From Hormiphora californensis (taxonomy: Eukaryota; Animalia; Ctenophora), in contig CM035360.1 of assembly GCA_020137815.1 (NCBI GenBank), positions 1,798,001 through 1,862,000 of the forward strand: a stretch of DNA of 64,000 nucleotides, read 5' to 3'. The notes below the pieces were generated by a model. It was given only the letters and a program-made list of their open reading frames with translations, searched no databases and was not told the DNA's origin. Shown in pieces: positions 33,501 to 45,652 of the stretch (position 1 is its first letter; each line of letters begins with the position of its first letter). A program made the translations under genes and the position numbers.

Positions 33501-34974
33501 CAGCTGAGACAGAGGTTATTGCAGAGGATCCCAAACGAGACAAGAAGATCCGGGGAATGTTTAATGAGATTGACAAGGACAAATCGGGGGAGATCACAAA
33601 TGAGGAGTTGGGGGAGGCTCTAAAGAAGGCTAACCCTGGTATGGCGGATGAAGATATTGATATGATGATTAAGGAGAGTGATGAGAATGGGGATGGAAAG
33701 GTGGATTATCATGAGTTCAGTATGTTTATGAAGAAGGCTGGATTGTAGGGAGCACTCTTTGCGTTTTTGGAGCGATGCCAACTATTTTTGGAGCGATGCC
33801 AACTATCGATTCCTGCTGAGATTATCGACTTGAGGACTGAGGAGGAAGCGAGCTTTGTCAAAACCGGACCGGACTCTAATTGCGACTGGTTAACGAATCC
33901 ATAACACCGGACTTATTAGAGGGGGCAAGGGAAATTCAGTATCTGTGATTCTGTAGTTGTGAGAGGAACTGGTCTCTATATTATTTGTATTTTTATCTAA
34001 ATCCTCGCTTTTTCGTTTCTTATCCCTAAAAAAGAGCTGCCAGGCCTATCACAAAACCCCAATTTCTCTACTAATCACAGGTTAATTACCTCTCTTTAAT
34101 TGTATTTCAGGAGAAGTTAGGATCAAGAACAGTAAAAAGATCGGACTGAATATCGAGGCAGTGGAGTCAGAACACCTTGGAATGTACCGGGTTTATGTAC
34201 ACGGCAAAAACGCAACAAACTACGCTACAACAGAACTAAAATATGACTTCAACCATCTGACGGACTTTAAAAAACTGGATGAGGAGAATGAGAATCTGAT
34301 CACTAAGGAGATGATGATTCAGGCAATGTGTTGTACAGATACATATCTCACTGAGAAAGAGATCAGAAAGTTTGTTAAGAATGGAGATTTTATGAAGGCG
34401 GATAAGGTGAATATATCAGGAAATACTGGTCATTGATTGGCTGGTAACCAGTCACGTGACCTAAATAACGAGTTCTGATTGGTTGTTTACTTGTGTCGGT
34501 CGGTTCCTGGTGAATATATTTGCCTTGCTCGATCGACCCTGTCTCACCGAGTAAAGGAGGGTTAATCAACAATTGAATATATCAGGGAATTAGGGCCAAT
34601 ACTCAACAAAGAATAATATTCTGGAAGGGATGGCCACCTTTTTAGTCCCCCTCCCATTGCCCTAATAGTGAAGCAGATCTCATCTCCCAATTGTCTTGTT
34701 GACACTTTTCTTTTCCAGGTTAATTATGACGAGTATGTGAGATATATGAAGTATGCTAAGAGGCACGTAGTGAGGCCGCCAGGACGAGAATTACAGCTTG
34801 ATGAGGAGCCCAAGAAGGGTGGTGGGGATGAGGGTGGCGGGGAGGGAGAGGGGGATGGGAAGGACAAGAAGAAAGACAAAAAGAAAGATAAAAAGAAAGA
34901 AGGAGAGGGAGGGGAGGAATGAGTTTACTTACCCCTCCGACGTTCAATTTGATGATTTTATTCTCCTCATCCAT
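30592..34974 (-). CDS. KCTD-type BTB/POZ (T1) domain protein
   Basis: Exon 1 34933-34974 (MDEENKIIKLNVGG, donor GTAAGT) splices in phase to 32009-32138 (RLFETTPATL...GAIFID) and about 31736-31915 (RDPDYFEVILRFLRT...LYEEALFF). Further exons near 31331-31525, 31000-31144 and 30592-30760; the C-terminal exons are less certain. Confidence 0.85.
32719..33748 (+). CDS. Nested gene, isoform A: N-acylation motif + Ig-like domain + two canonical EF-hands
   Basis: Micro-exon ATG GGG|GTAAGT 32719-32724, exon 32945-33176 and exon 33384-33748. Gives MGGLLSKICPC; Ig strands VEW and TLTLSKFGKNDGGKYTISI; loops DKDKSGEITNEE and DENGDGKVDYHE. Confidence 0.8.
34111..34922 (+). CDS. Nested gene, alternative 3' module (isoform B): second half of the Ig domain + degenerate EF-hands + charged tail
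   Basis: Phase-1 acceptor at 34110, exons 34111-34406 and 34719-34922. GEVRIKNSKKIGLNIEAVESEHLGMYRV aligns with exon 33384; loops DEENENLITKEM and DFMKADKVNYDE. Confidence 0.7.
34415..34509 (+). mobile_element. hAT-like MITE copy next to a splice donor
   Basis: Homologous to 36981-37089, with gtgaatat duplicated at 34407 and 34510. Confidence 0.8.
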
Positions 34975-35649
34975 TATTTTGACATTTTCTAAAAAAGGAT
35001 GCATGGTAAATTGTTTGTCTGTGTCGTACTATAAATTTCCAGATACCCCTCACATGTGAAGGAAAGACCTAAAATCAAAAACATAGAAAACAAAAAACAA
35101 CAATTTAAGAGTAAAATAATTAAATAGATCTAACATAATTCATACAGTTAGAAATTCGAATATATATATTAGTCAGAGAGAGATCAATTTGTGATAATCA
35201 TAGTAATTCTGTTAGTTTGTTTCTACGCTTCTGGTTGCCTAGCTCGACCCTCTTTACAAATGTAAAGGAGGGTTCCCGGAGGGTTAGAACATAACAATGT
35301 TTCTGGCTAAAACTCATATTAGCTCTACTTCTAAGGGTCTGATATTGGAACATATATATGTAAAAACTCACTGCTGACATGTTATCAACTTAACGTGCCT
35401 CTTCATATTCGTAATATGAGTGTTTAGTATATATATCGAGTTTCTGAGTAACGGGGGCAAACTGCAGCTATATCATAATAGCGGGTCCTACTTTCCAATA
35501 CTTCGTCTCAGACGACACCCTCCTTCATCCCTTTCTATTTTCCTAAATATCCTGTATCTTTCAGTAATGCTTGCCCCCGGGGCAACCCAAAATCGGCACC
35601 ACTATTAGTTGTTCCTTTCTCCTCCTCCTCTCTTTATCTCACTATGTCG

Positions 35650-37409
35650 TCAGGACTCTTTACTCCCTGAGATAAGAAGTGTTTTTGTTATTATTGTAAC
35701 GTGAAAGCAACAGATGCCGTTCTAAAATAGATCCAGATCGCTCGCTCTCTCCAGTGTTATGTAAGTATCTCTCTCCTCTCTGCGACGGTCCTGTGTCATG
35801 GACCGGGCTCTGTGTGCGCGCGCTCTAGTTTGCGCGCGGGTCACTTCATTTCTAACAGAAGGGAGTCACCGCGTGTTCCATACCTGGGTTATTGGAGGGC
35901 CGGCCTCCCCCGCCGGAACCCGGAGCTGCAGATAGGGTTCCACCCTGTGGCCCACCCTTATTGTCACCACTCTCATTGGCTACCATTTGGGAGATATTCA
36001 TTCGCTGGAAAAGGAGAGGAAGGGTTAGTTGGGGGTGCTAGGATATAAACAATGGAATTCGTCTTTGTTAATCAAAACAACAACTGCTTGACCCATCTAA
36101 AATAAGAAGACCTATCTAAAATAAAAACATCTTATTAATTCTCACCGGTCTCTTGGTAGATCCAGCGGGCGTGTGTCTATAGTTGTTGTTATCCTTCCTT
36201 CCTCCGGCATCCTCATCTTCAGAGTCACTAAACTCCTCGTCGCATGCTATCCTGTTATCCCTGTCTCTGACTGAAACACGGAGGAGGGGATGGTTAGAAT
36301 TGAAACGATAAAATCAGGGATACGAATTAAAAGCAGTTCAAAATGTTAATTGAGTAAAATATAACCCTTACTCGAAATACGGGTGTCCTTGTCCCTCTTA
36401 TCCTCATCTTCCTCAGCCTCAGGTATGGCATCAGTAGGAATATCCTGCATTTGTACACTGGGGGGTCCACCAACATACTTCAAGTTCTCAAACACTTTAG
36501 CCCTGGGATGTTAAAGCAGTTATTATGCTGTTTTAGACCAACTTGAAACCTAATAAATTACAATAATAAGTAAGAAATTATCACCAAATTTGAGGTGTAT
36601 GCGTTAGAAAATGGCCCATTTCTCTCTCCCACTTTGCTCACTATCAACCAATTTCTCTCTTCCTATTCTGCTCACTCATTTCTTTCCTATTCTGCTCACT
36701 CCCAACTCATTTCTTTCCTATTCTGCTCACTCCCTACTAATTTATTTCCTATTCTGCTCACTCCCTACTAATTTATTTCCTATTCTGCTCACTCCCTACT
36801 AATTTATTTCCTATTCTGCTAACTCCAAACTCTCTCCTACTCACTTCATCTTGTCCATGTATTCAGGTGTATTCTGGTTGGTCATGTTTCCAGGCTGGAT
36901 ATTCAGCTTGAAATCAGGTCCAAAGTATTCGAAGTAATCGTTGTATGGCAGATCTGGGGAGAGAAGTTGGACGTGTTAGCCAGGAACCGACCGAATCAGG
37001 AAATACTGGTCCCTGATTGGCTGATAACTAGTCACGTGACCTGAATAACGAGTTCTGATTGGTTGTTTACTTGTGTCGGTCGGTTCCTGGTGTCAGCAGT
37101 CACGACATAGCGGCCGGAGATTGTATGTTTTAAAATCATGTTTGTCTTCTAGAATTTCAAAATATGTCCATTTATGACAACACCGTTTTTGCCAAAACTG
37201 GGACTTGTCACACTTCTAGTTTGTCCTGGTATAACTCTCCCCACACTTACCATTGCTGATATCAATGCCCAGGGCATAAGCAGTCTCTAGTGTCCAGCAC
37301 CGTGCCACATTTCTAATGGTGTATCCACCACCCCCGAGAAGCAGAAGAGGCAGGTTGAACCTCTTCATATACTCAACACATTTAGCGTGACCTGTTCAGG
37401 GAGAGAGGG

Positions 37410-37485
<76 letters not shown>

Positions 37486-40400
37486 GAGAGAGAGGAGAGA
37501 GGAGAGAGATTCCCGCTCTAGCTGCGAGTCTCCTCGCTCGCTCACCGATAGAGACGATCTAGCTATATATAGATCTCGCCTCTAGTTCTCCTCGCTCGGC
37601 TCTCGCGCTCTCTCTCTCGGACAGAGAGAGAGAGAGAGAAGATAGTTGGGCTATCATAACCCTGACGTCATGACAGTCTAGACAAGGGAATTTAGATTAA
37701 AATGCAGTTGTAGCGGGTTGTAGCGCCCTTATAAACTTGAGACAATCTGACAGGCAAAACAGTTGTAACAAATCTTTAATTACAAATCATCAATAATCGC
37801 TAGTTAAAAACATCTTTGTAATTGATTATTTAATTGCTAATACAGTCGGACCCCGATTTAACGGCACCCTCGGGGGAAAGGGTTTTGTCCGTTAAATCGG
37901 GGTGTCCGCTAAATCGGGGTCAAATACTGTTAATTTCCTATATCGGGGGAAGATTATCCTGCCGTTAAATCGGGGTGCCGTTAAATCGGGGGTCGCTAAA
38001 TCGGGGTCCGACACACCCTACTAATTACCTTTGAGTGTAAGATTAAAACAACCTAGCCGATCCCCCGCCAGACTGTCAGCTCCACACTGGAGTACAATTG
38101 CCTCAGGTCGATATGCCTCCATGACCTTGCCCATTACAGGCTGGAAAATACTCTGGTAGCTCTCGTCATCCATTCCATCACGGAGCGGGAAATTTACTGG
38201 GGATGGAGTAGAGTTAGGGAGCGGGAAATTTACTGGGGAGGGAGTTATGGTGTTAAGGTGATAATACACCAGTTCATGTAGAGTTAGGGAGCGGGAAATT
38301 TACTGGGGGAAGATTGTAAAATTTAAGGTTCATTCGATTAGCTGTGGTCCGGCTGAATCATCATGTTATTCATATTTCCGAAAAAAGCTTTGGATGGATC
38401 AAACACTTTGCTGGGAACAAAACGGGCTTAAATGGAGTGTTGTTACTGTTATAGAGGTGGGCATCACACAACTGTACGTACCAGAGTGGTGTTTTCCGAC
38501 ATCAGCTCCAATATCCCGGATATCTCCCGTGCCAGGGAAGTATTCACCATACTTGTGGAAGCTCACCGTCATTACCCTGAGTGGTTGAGGTTTGATGAGG
38601 TTTGATGAGGTTTGGTGAGGTTTGGTGAGGTTTGAGGGTTAAACTTTCCAGCACCCCAGGTCAGTTACTGAACAGAAATCCAATCTCCAGACTACAAACT
38701 AGAGACAACCAATAGAAAGTAACCAACAACCAGAACATATAATTATGTATAGCTCTAGTTACCTGTCGGTTGTATAGAATGCTTCCTAGTTCCTACCCCA
38801 CTACCCAGACCCTACAAGATACCGCTAGTTACCTGTCGGTTGTATAGAATGCCTCCTCGACTCCATCCCCATGGTGAATATCAATATCGACATACAGTAC
38901 TCTCTTGTGGTACCTGATGGGGTGGTCAGGTGTATCAGAAAATACATGACACGCCACTCGTAGGTCTGTGACCGGAATATAGTAATGGTAATTTCTATCA
39001 AAACCCCTTCCTTTGTACTAGGACCAAACAAATCAAATTGATTACCACACACTTACTTGAGGAGCTCAAGGATGGAGAGGACAATGTCATTAACATAACA
39101 AAAGCCGCTAGCTTCAGATTTCTTGGCGTGATGTAAGCCACCAGCCCAATTGATGGCAATGTCCGTGTGCTGTTTGTTTAGTTTCATTGCTCCAGCTGGG
39201 GACAAGGGTGAGGGGTGATGAAAACTGGTGATTGAACCGCACAGTGGTAATGTATGTGGGGTAGACATTGGGTTCTTCCCGTTATTTTAATCATTACTAA
39301 CAGGCAACAGCTCGAGCTCAATAATTAGCGGTCTAATAGAACAGTATTGAGAGCTGCTGGAAGAACCAGCTCGACGGTTTTCATATGATATCTTACGGGG
39401 GGGTACCAACCTATTTTTTTGTATTTTTTTGTATTTTTTTGTACGGTCCGTACAAAAAAATAACCAAAATTCCCTGCTTTTTCCGTACAAAAAATACAAA
39501 AAAATACAAAAAAATACAAAAAAATATACTGCTGAAGGGAACTTCTTTAGGGCCCCCTATAAGTCTCTAGAGGTTTGCGGGGTCCTTATACTGGCCTGTA
39601 TAGCCCTCTAGTTTCGTAGTACTCATAATCCCATGCTTTTTCCATGCGAACATTACCATGATTAAGTTATTCTAGACCTGAACTTGCTCCAAATCCTAGT
39701 TGGGTAACAGCAAAATATGTCGGGATAGTGCCCAAGCTTTATTTTCTGATGAAATTTCATTTTTCGGCCGAATATGCCTACTTATTCCCCCTCATGCCTG
39801 GAAAAAGGAGGCATAAGCAGGCCGAAAAACTGAAAAAGCCGAATCCCCCGGCCAGTTGTGCGCGCGCTACATTATATACTCTCAAATCGCAGTCTATTCA
39901 GTTCCCCCATGCCATGGTGTAGTGGTTATTGCATATACTTGACACGCAGAAGGTCCCGGGTTCGAAATCGCTGGATCATTTTTTCAAATCTTGAATCACA
40001 CTGGTAAATAGACAAAGTGTAATCAATTTGTCAAAAAATCAGACGTTAAATACATTACACGCCACTTAGTTCTGTGACCTGGAATATTATGGTAATCTTA
40101 TCTAAAACCCTCCTGTGAACTACGGCCAAAAAGGTCAAATTTTGGCCATACTCGGCCTAAATATGAGCTCAAGATGGGAACAATGTCATTAAGTAACAAA
40201 GCCGCTAGCTTAGGATCTGGGACGGAGAGCACCAGCCAATGATGCAATTCCGTGGCTTGTTAAGTCATTGCTCAGCTGGGAAAGGGCAGAGAGAAGGATA
40301 AACTGGCTTAGAGACGCACTGTAGAAGGGCATGTGGGGTAGAATTGGTTCCCGCGCGTAAACTTATCTTATATTTTTTGTAATTTTCTGAGCTATTTTTT

Positions 40401-41090
40401 TACTGTTTAGTACGGACCGTCAATAGAATGCTGCTGTATAACCAGTCACGTCAAATGTTATTACCTACCGATCTCCCACTGAAACTACAGGAACTGAAGT
40501 CCCTAAAGCCCAAACACTCGGACATCATCTCCTCACTTGACTTATTGTGTCATGTTGCTCCATGTCTGGCTGGGGGGGGGGGGGGGCGGTTAGAGAGCAA
40601 AGTGGTTGGGAGAGGTGAGATAAAGTCTGATAAAATTGAAAGATTTTACTAACCGGATATTTCGCAGGAACTTGATGTATTCGTCAGCGTGGTACTTGGT
40701 CATCTCCACCATGGACGCCTTGTGAGGCCTCTGAAAAATATACACATGTGTCAGATCTAGTTACTTTGGTTCACAATCTTCGTGAATCAGGGTATGTAGT
40801 AGCATCAAGTCACTTGTCCATTCAAGGTCAAGATTGGACACAAAACTTGTTTTAGCTGTCATTGTTCTCTGCACCGGCTTTTGTAACTTGTAAAAGAAGG
40901 TAAGAACATAACAAAGATGTCACAAACTTACATAAATCTCCATCTTCCTATAAAGCCCATAATTTAGTAGCAGATTGTGGGTCATCCTAATCCGGTGGGG
41001 TTTCATTGGATGGTTCTGTCCGTAGTAGTAGTTACCCACATCTCCATCGTAGTAGTAACACACTCGCTTCTTATTCCCACCGGCTGTCAT
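35650..41090 (-). CDS. HDAC1: Class I histone deacetylase HDAC1/2 (Rpd3); exon 3 garbled in this assembly
   Basis: [105 protein letters not shown] and [13 protein letters not shown]. The stop position is tentative. Confidence 0.95.
36650..36845. repeat. Roughly 30-bp tandem repeat next to an HDAC1 splice donor
   Basis: ttcctattctgctcactccctactaattta-like units, about 6 copies. Confidence 0.85.
36981..37089. mobile_element. Complete 109-bp hAT-like MITE
   Basis: TIR caggaaccgaccga / tcggtcggttcctg, with an 8-bp TSD gtgt(t/c)agc. Confidence 0.85.
37400..37640. repeat. (GA)n microsatellite, garbled distally
   Basis: Direct sequence. Confidence 0.9.
37843..38012. mobile_element. Short MITE of the cagtcggaccccgattta family
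   Basis: Near-identical to 14843-15014. Confidence 0.9.
39908..39980 (+). pseudogene. tRNA-like sequence (degenerate, probably TE-borne)
   Basis: A box tggtgtagtgg and B box gggttcgaaat; stems poorly paired. Confidence 0.55.
40073..40430 (-). other. Indel-rich duplicate of HDAC1 region about 38967-39460 (probable assembly artefact)
   Basis: Collinear with exon 39058-39197 and its flanking introns but full of small deletions. Confidence 0.75.
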
Positions 41091-41559
41091 GACTACTACA
41101 CTAATATAGGGTGGTTAGTAAGTTAAACTATTTAAACTATATAATTTAGTAATTAAGCAAGGTCTGAAGGTTAGCAATGTCGCAAAACATCTACTAGGGC
41201 TAGTTGGGTGGGTGGAAGTGGCTTTCAAGAGGAGTCGCGAGGGTGCGGATCTCGGAAGCAAAGAAAAAGATTTGGGGGTTAAGAAAAAACTGCAATGTGT
41301 TCAGCTAAACCTGTCATCTCAACCATTGACGTAGGAAAAATGAACGGGGTACTTTACCGATAGGTCCTTATACGGTAAGGCGCCGGGCATTTCTCCAATT
41401 CATGACAATTTATCTACGAAAGGGCCACAGACAGAGAGGAATGGAGAGAGGAAATCTTTTGGGGAAATTAAAATCTCATTTTATTCACACGAATAATAAA
41501 CTGAATAATAAAATAAAGTGAAACTACAAATGAAATACACACAGAAAGTTACCCTAATA

Positions 41560-42383
41560 CAGTCGGACCCCGATTTAACGGCCCCCGATTTAGCGGCACC
41601 CCGATTTAACGGCAGGATAAATTTCCCCCAAAAATTTTTTGAATTTTTTTTGAAAATTTTTCGAAGGTGTATCAACCACTTCCGAATCGTGTCTCGAATC
41701 GGTGCATCTTATTGTATGTCTTGCCGGTAATTAGACGGTTCGAAACGAACAGATATGTGAGCCCCATGAGGCCCATCGAATCGCAATTTTGGCGCTTGTT
41801 AAACTGGCCCCATGGGGATCACGTATCGGTTCGTTTCGAACCGTCTAATTAGCGACAGGACGTGCGATAAGATGCACTGATTCGAAACACGATTCGGACG
41901 TGGTTGATATACCTTTGAATAACTTTTTTTGCAAAATTTTACAGAATGATTGTCAATGCTTTGATCGGTGCTCCCCATGAATTTTCAGAGAAAAAGATAT
42001 TTTGAAATTCGAATTCTTCCTCACCCCGCTTAAAGTGCCCCGATTCGGCATGGTATCACGTATCGGTTCGTTTCGAACCGTCTAATTAGTAGCAAGACAT
42101 GCGATTAGATGCACTGATTCGATAAACGATTCGGACGTGGTTGATAAAAAAATTATAACTTTTTTTGAAATTATTTTGAAATTATTTTCTTTTTCTAATC
42201 AGAAATGATCATGTAATCAATACATGGACATTGCATTTAACACTTAGAGGTGTTTTAATATAGAATTTTGGACAAAAATAGGGTTTTATGGGCCAAATAT
42301 GCTCTACCCCGATTTAGCGGACACCCCGATTTAACGGACAAAACCCTTTCCCCCGAGGGTGCCGTTAAATCGGGGTCCGACTG
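41560..42383. mobile_element. Long (824-bp) member of the cagtcggaccccgattta family, TA TSD
   Basis: Both TIRs intact, internal repeats of cggttcgtttcgaaccg, and it contains the empty TTAA site. Confidence 0.9.
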
Positions 42384-42487
42384 TATTGATAAAACGTTCC
42401 GAGCAATACAAAGAATACATACACAACACATGAGGTATAAAAACTGTACAACAATCCCACTAAATTTAGTAACTAAGTCCACGATTA

Positions 42488-43762
42488 TTATTTGAGACCA
42501 GATGCTTCAGCAGCCATTTTCATTGCCAACTCTAACTGCTCAGGAGTTTGAACCATCCACATTCTTTGCCTCCTTAAACCTACCAACACCTCTTTTATGT
42601 CAACCTCAGAGTTACCACTTTGCTTTACCATTCTAGTCAACACATCAGCCAAAACTACCGTGCCCGTCCTTCCCACGCCCCCTAAACAGTGAACCAGCAC
42701 AGGAGAGTTATCTGCTCCTTCATCAATATTTCCAATGGATGAGGCTACAAAATCCTGAATCTGTTCCATGGATGATGGCACACCATAATCAGGCCATCCT
42801 TCAAATCGATGATGAACAACCTCCTTCTCTCCACCACCTTGCTCCTCTAATTTCACCACCATGCGAATGTGGGTTGGGCTAATTTGTTCCTCTCTTTCAA
42901 CTCGGACCCCGGGAACATTGTTCCAGTATTGGAAACGGCGACTTGTGTTTAACATTGCAATAACCCTGACTCCCTGTTCTCGTACCATCCTCCAAAATGA
43001 AACACTTGTTGAGCCATCCTCAAGGGGCATCTGGAGGGAGAAAGTAACATTATCAATCACAGTCAAACCTCGATTTACCAGATAGCCTGACTCCTTGGGG
43101 AATCTCTCTTGAAAATTCACTAACCCCAACACCTTGGGGAATGATTTTTTGCATGGTCTAGGTAAATCGAGGTTCAATAAATCAAGGATTTACTGTACTG
43201 AGGAAGAAATTAACGTCATAGTGTCAAATATCACTCTGCCTGCTGGCATTTGATGTTTCATCTCATAACTAGATGCCCGTTAAGTTGTTTAATGTACGGC
43301 GTACCTGTGTGCAGATGTAGTGTCTGTTAACCTCCGGAACTCGAACATGAGAGGCATTAATGTAACTTCCATCCGCCATCTTCACCAGAGTGTGGTTATA
43401 GGGCCACAGATTACAGTACCTGAATAATATGAAAGGGTGAAGGTAGTATGACGGAACGTGTGAGGACACATTGTCGACACATTGAGAACACATTTAGTCT
43501 TGAGAATACAACGATGGAGAGGGACTCATGAGCGGTGAGCCCAAAGAGGAAGGGAGAGGAGATTCCTAGAAAAATCAATAACTAAATATTATGCTCTTTT
43601 TAACCTGTTTTTGTACGCGTTTTTCTTATTCTTGCCAATAGAAAAAGACAGATCCGCGAAGTTATCGGGTATTTTGAAGAAAAGTGATTCCCACCATTTT
43701 GAGTCGGAGCTAAGTTTCCTTAGATCCAATTTTATCTTGCTAAATGAACCAGCATCTCCCAT
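42488..43762 (-). CDS. Classical non-receptor protein tyrosine phosphatase (catalytic domain only)
   Basis: Exons about 43605-43762, 43304-43419 and 42488-43030, with KNRY, YINAS, YICTQ, FWRMV, WPDYGVP, VHCLGGVGRTG and QR..MVQTPEQ motifs. Confidence 0.92.
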
Positions 43763-44191
43763 GACCTATAAGGAATAAGATTAATAATTAGTTTCCCGCA
43801 TAATAAGGTGCCTAATGTTATGTAGGAGTTCATGTGAAAGGGCCCTTCTTCTCAGCTAGCTTCTGGGTCTGATAAATTATATAATGCATTATAGGTGAAT
43901 ATATTATGCAATCTAATTTCTACTAGCTTCCGTTGCGTCTTTTCATGCTCGCTTCTTCACTCCTATCTAAAATTCTCTCTGACTTCTTATACTTTATCTA
44001 ATCTCGCTAGTCACACTGCTCTCTCGCTATCTCTCTTACTAAGTCATGGGTTATAAGTCATTAGTCACGTGCTGGGCTCATATATGTTTGCGAATTCCCT
44101 CATATATATTTCTTTTCAGTACCCCTATATTTCCTATAGGTCCTTAAATATTTGCTTAACCTTCACATTTTGTCTCGCCAGTACTTTTACC

Positions 44192-45652
44192 ATGAGTTCG
44201 ATTCGCTCTCTCCTGGGGATACACAACATTGTACCAGGCACCTACAATACAATCCACTGCTTCCCAGATCAATCAAATGATGTGGATACTCTCAAAGGAG
44301 TGGTTAGGGCGTGTCAGAAGGAAGGAATTGAACCTGTGGTAGGGCTTTTTCCTGGATCAGATATCGCTGAGAAAAACAAGGAGCTAGTGACATTCTGTAA
44401 CGGGTTTGCAGGGGTGCATGGTATTGGTAGTCTCTCTGCAGTTGATGGTAAACTGTCACTGACTGAGCTGAACAAGTATGCTGACTCAGATACTCTAAAG
44501 GCTTTTTCCCTGGATTGTAGTAACTATGGTGCTGAGATCAAAGATAATTTCAAGACTCTGTTTGGGGAGTGTGCTGGTCTAAAGAAACCTGTGGTTTTGT
44601 GTGCAGATAACAGTGTTCAGCTGACAGAGGCCTTGGTTACCATAGTAACCGATGGACTCCTTGATTTCTACCCAGATTTAGAAGTCATTGTTATGGACGC
44701 AACAGTTGTTCCTGCTCTGGTTTCTAGGCTGACTTCACCCGACCCAAGTGCCAGCCTACAGAAGCACGAACCGGAGGTATACTTTGGCAGGAACATGTTT
44801 TTCGTGTGGAACTTCTCAGATACCTTCTACACGGAGTATTTATTGAAAAAAGTGGGTTGTGATAACCTGCTCCTGGGGTATCCCGCTCCAACAGCCCAAC
44901 TATCCAACCTGGAACAACTCCACCAAGCCAAGGTGGTCTCCTGGAACGGGGCCCGGGTCCTGGGACTGGCAGAGGTTCCCCACTGGCCTCTGAATAGAAG
45001 CCGAATCACTGTTTTCTCCTCAGCTGCAGTGAACTCCCTCTCCTCCATCCTCCGAGACGCCCGAACCGGGTACACCGAGTTCATGGTACAGGGAGATCGG
45101 CTGATGCGGCTGCTTGCGGAGGAGGCTCTTGCTCGTTTACCGGGGGCAACCCCTGCCCTCTTGGAGAGTCCCACGGGTGTATATCAGGGAGTGGTAGATG
45201 ACACGCCCACTGAGAAACTGTGTGTTGTCTCCATTGTCAGGTCTGGTGATATCCTACTGGAGGCGTTCCGACAGCTCCGACCCGGACTAAAAGTCGGTAA
45301 AATCCTGATCCAACGAGACGAGAGCACCCCTGATAAAAGAGCTGTGTTCTACTACAAGAAACTGCCGGGTGACATAGCCAGCTGTCAGGTGATAGTCGTG
45401 GACCCAATGTTGGGTACTGGCGGGAGTCTGGACTGTGCGATGGAGGTGCTAACCAGTGCTGGAGTGGAGAACGTCATGTTTGTCAACCTCTACTCGTGCG
45501 AGGAGGGCCTATCCAGGATCCAACTAAAATACCCCACACTTCATACTGTCACCCTGCATATTGATCTGATGATGAATGAAAAGAAGTATCTAATTCCGGG
45601 GATTGGGGACTTTGGAGATCGGTACTATGGAACTCTCAACCCTCTCGAATAA
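44192..45652 (+). CDS. UPRT: Uracil phosphoribosyltransferase with an N-terminal degenerate amidohydrolase-like domain, copy 1
   Basis: C-terminal DRLMRLLAEEAL, VSIVRSG, GKILIQRDE, VDPMLGTGGS and YLIPGIGDFGDRYYG; about 265-aa N-terminal extension; intronless; first ATG at 44192. Confidence 0.88.
   Translation: MSSIRSLLGIHNIVPGTYNTIHCFPDQSNDVDTLKGVVRACQKEGIEPVVGLFPGSDIAEKNKELVTFCNGFAGVHGIGSLSAVDGKLSLTELNKYADSDTLKAFSLDCSNYGAEIKDNFKTLFGECAGLKKPVVLCADNSVQLTEALVTIVTDGLLDFYPDLEVIVMDATVVPALVSRLTSPDPSASLQKHEPEVYFGRNMFFVWNFSDTFYTEYLLKKVGCDNLLLGYPAPTAQLSNLEQLHQAKVVSWNGARVLGLAEVPHWPLNRSRITVFSSAAVNSLSSILRDARTGYTEFMVQGDRLMRLLAEEALARLPGATPALLESPTGVYQGVVDDTPTEKLCVVSIVRSGDILLEAFRQLRPGLKVGKILIQRDESTPDKRAVFYYKKLPGDIASCQVIVVDPMLGTGGSLDCAMEVLTSAGVENVMFVNLYSCEEGLSRIQLKYPTLHTVTLHIDLMMNEKKYLIPGIGDFGDRYYGTLNPLE

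Noticed and set aside
44069-44191. N-terminal extension of UPRT copy 1 in the ORF track
   Set aside because: Starts at GTG, resembles intron/outron sequence ending in an acceptor, and has no counterpart in copy 2
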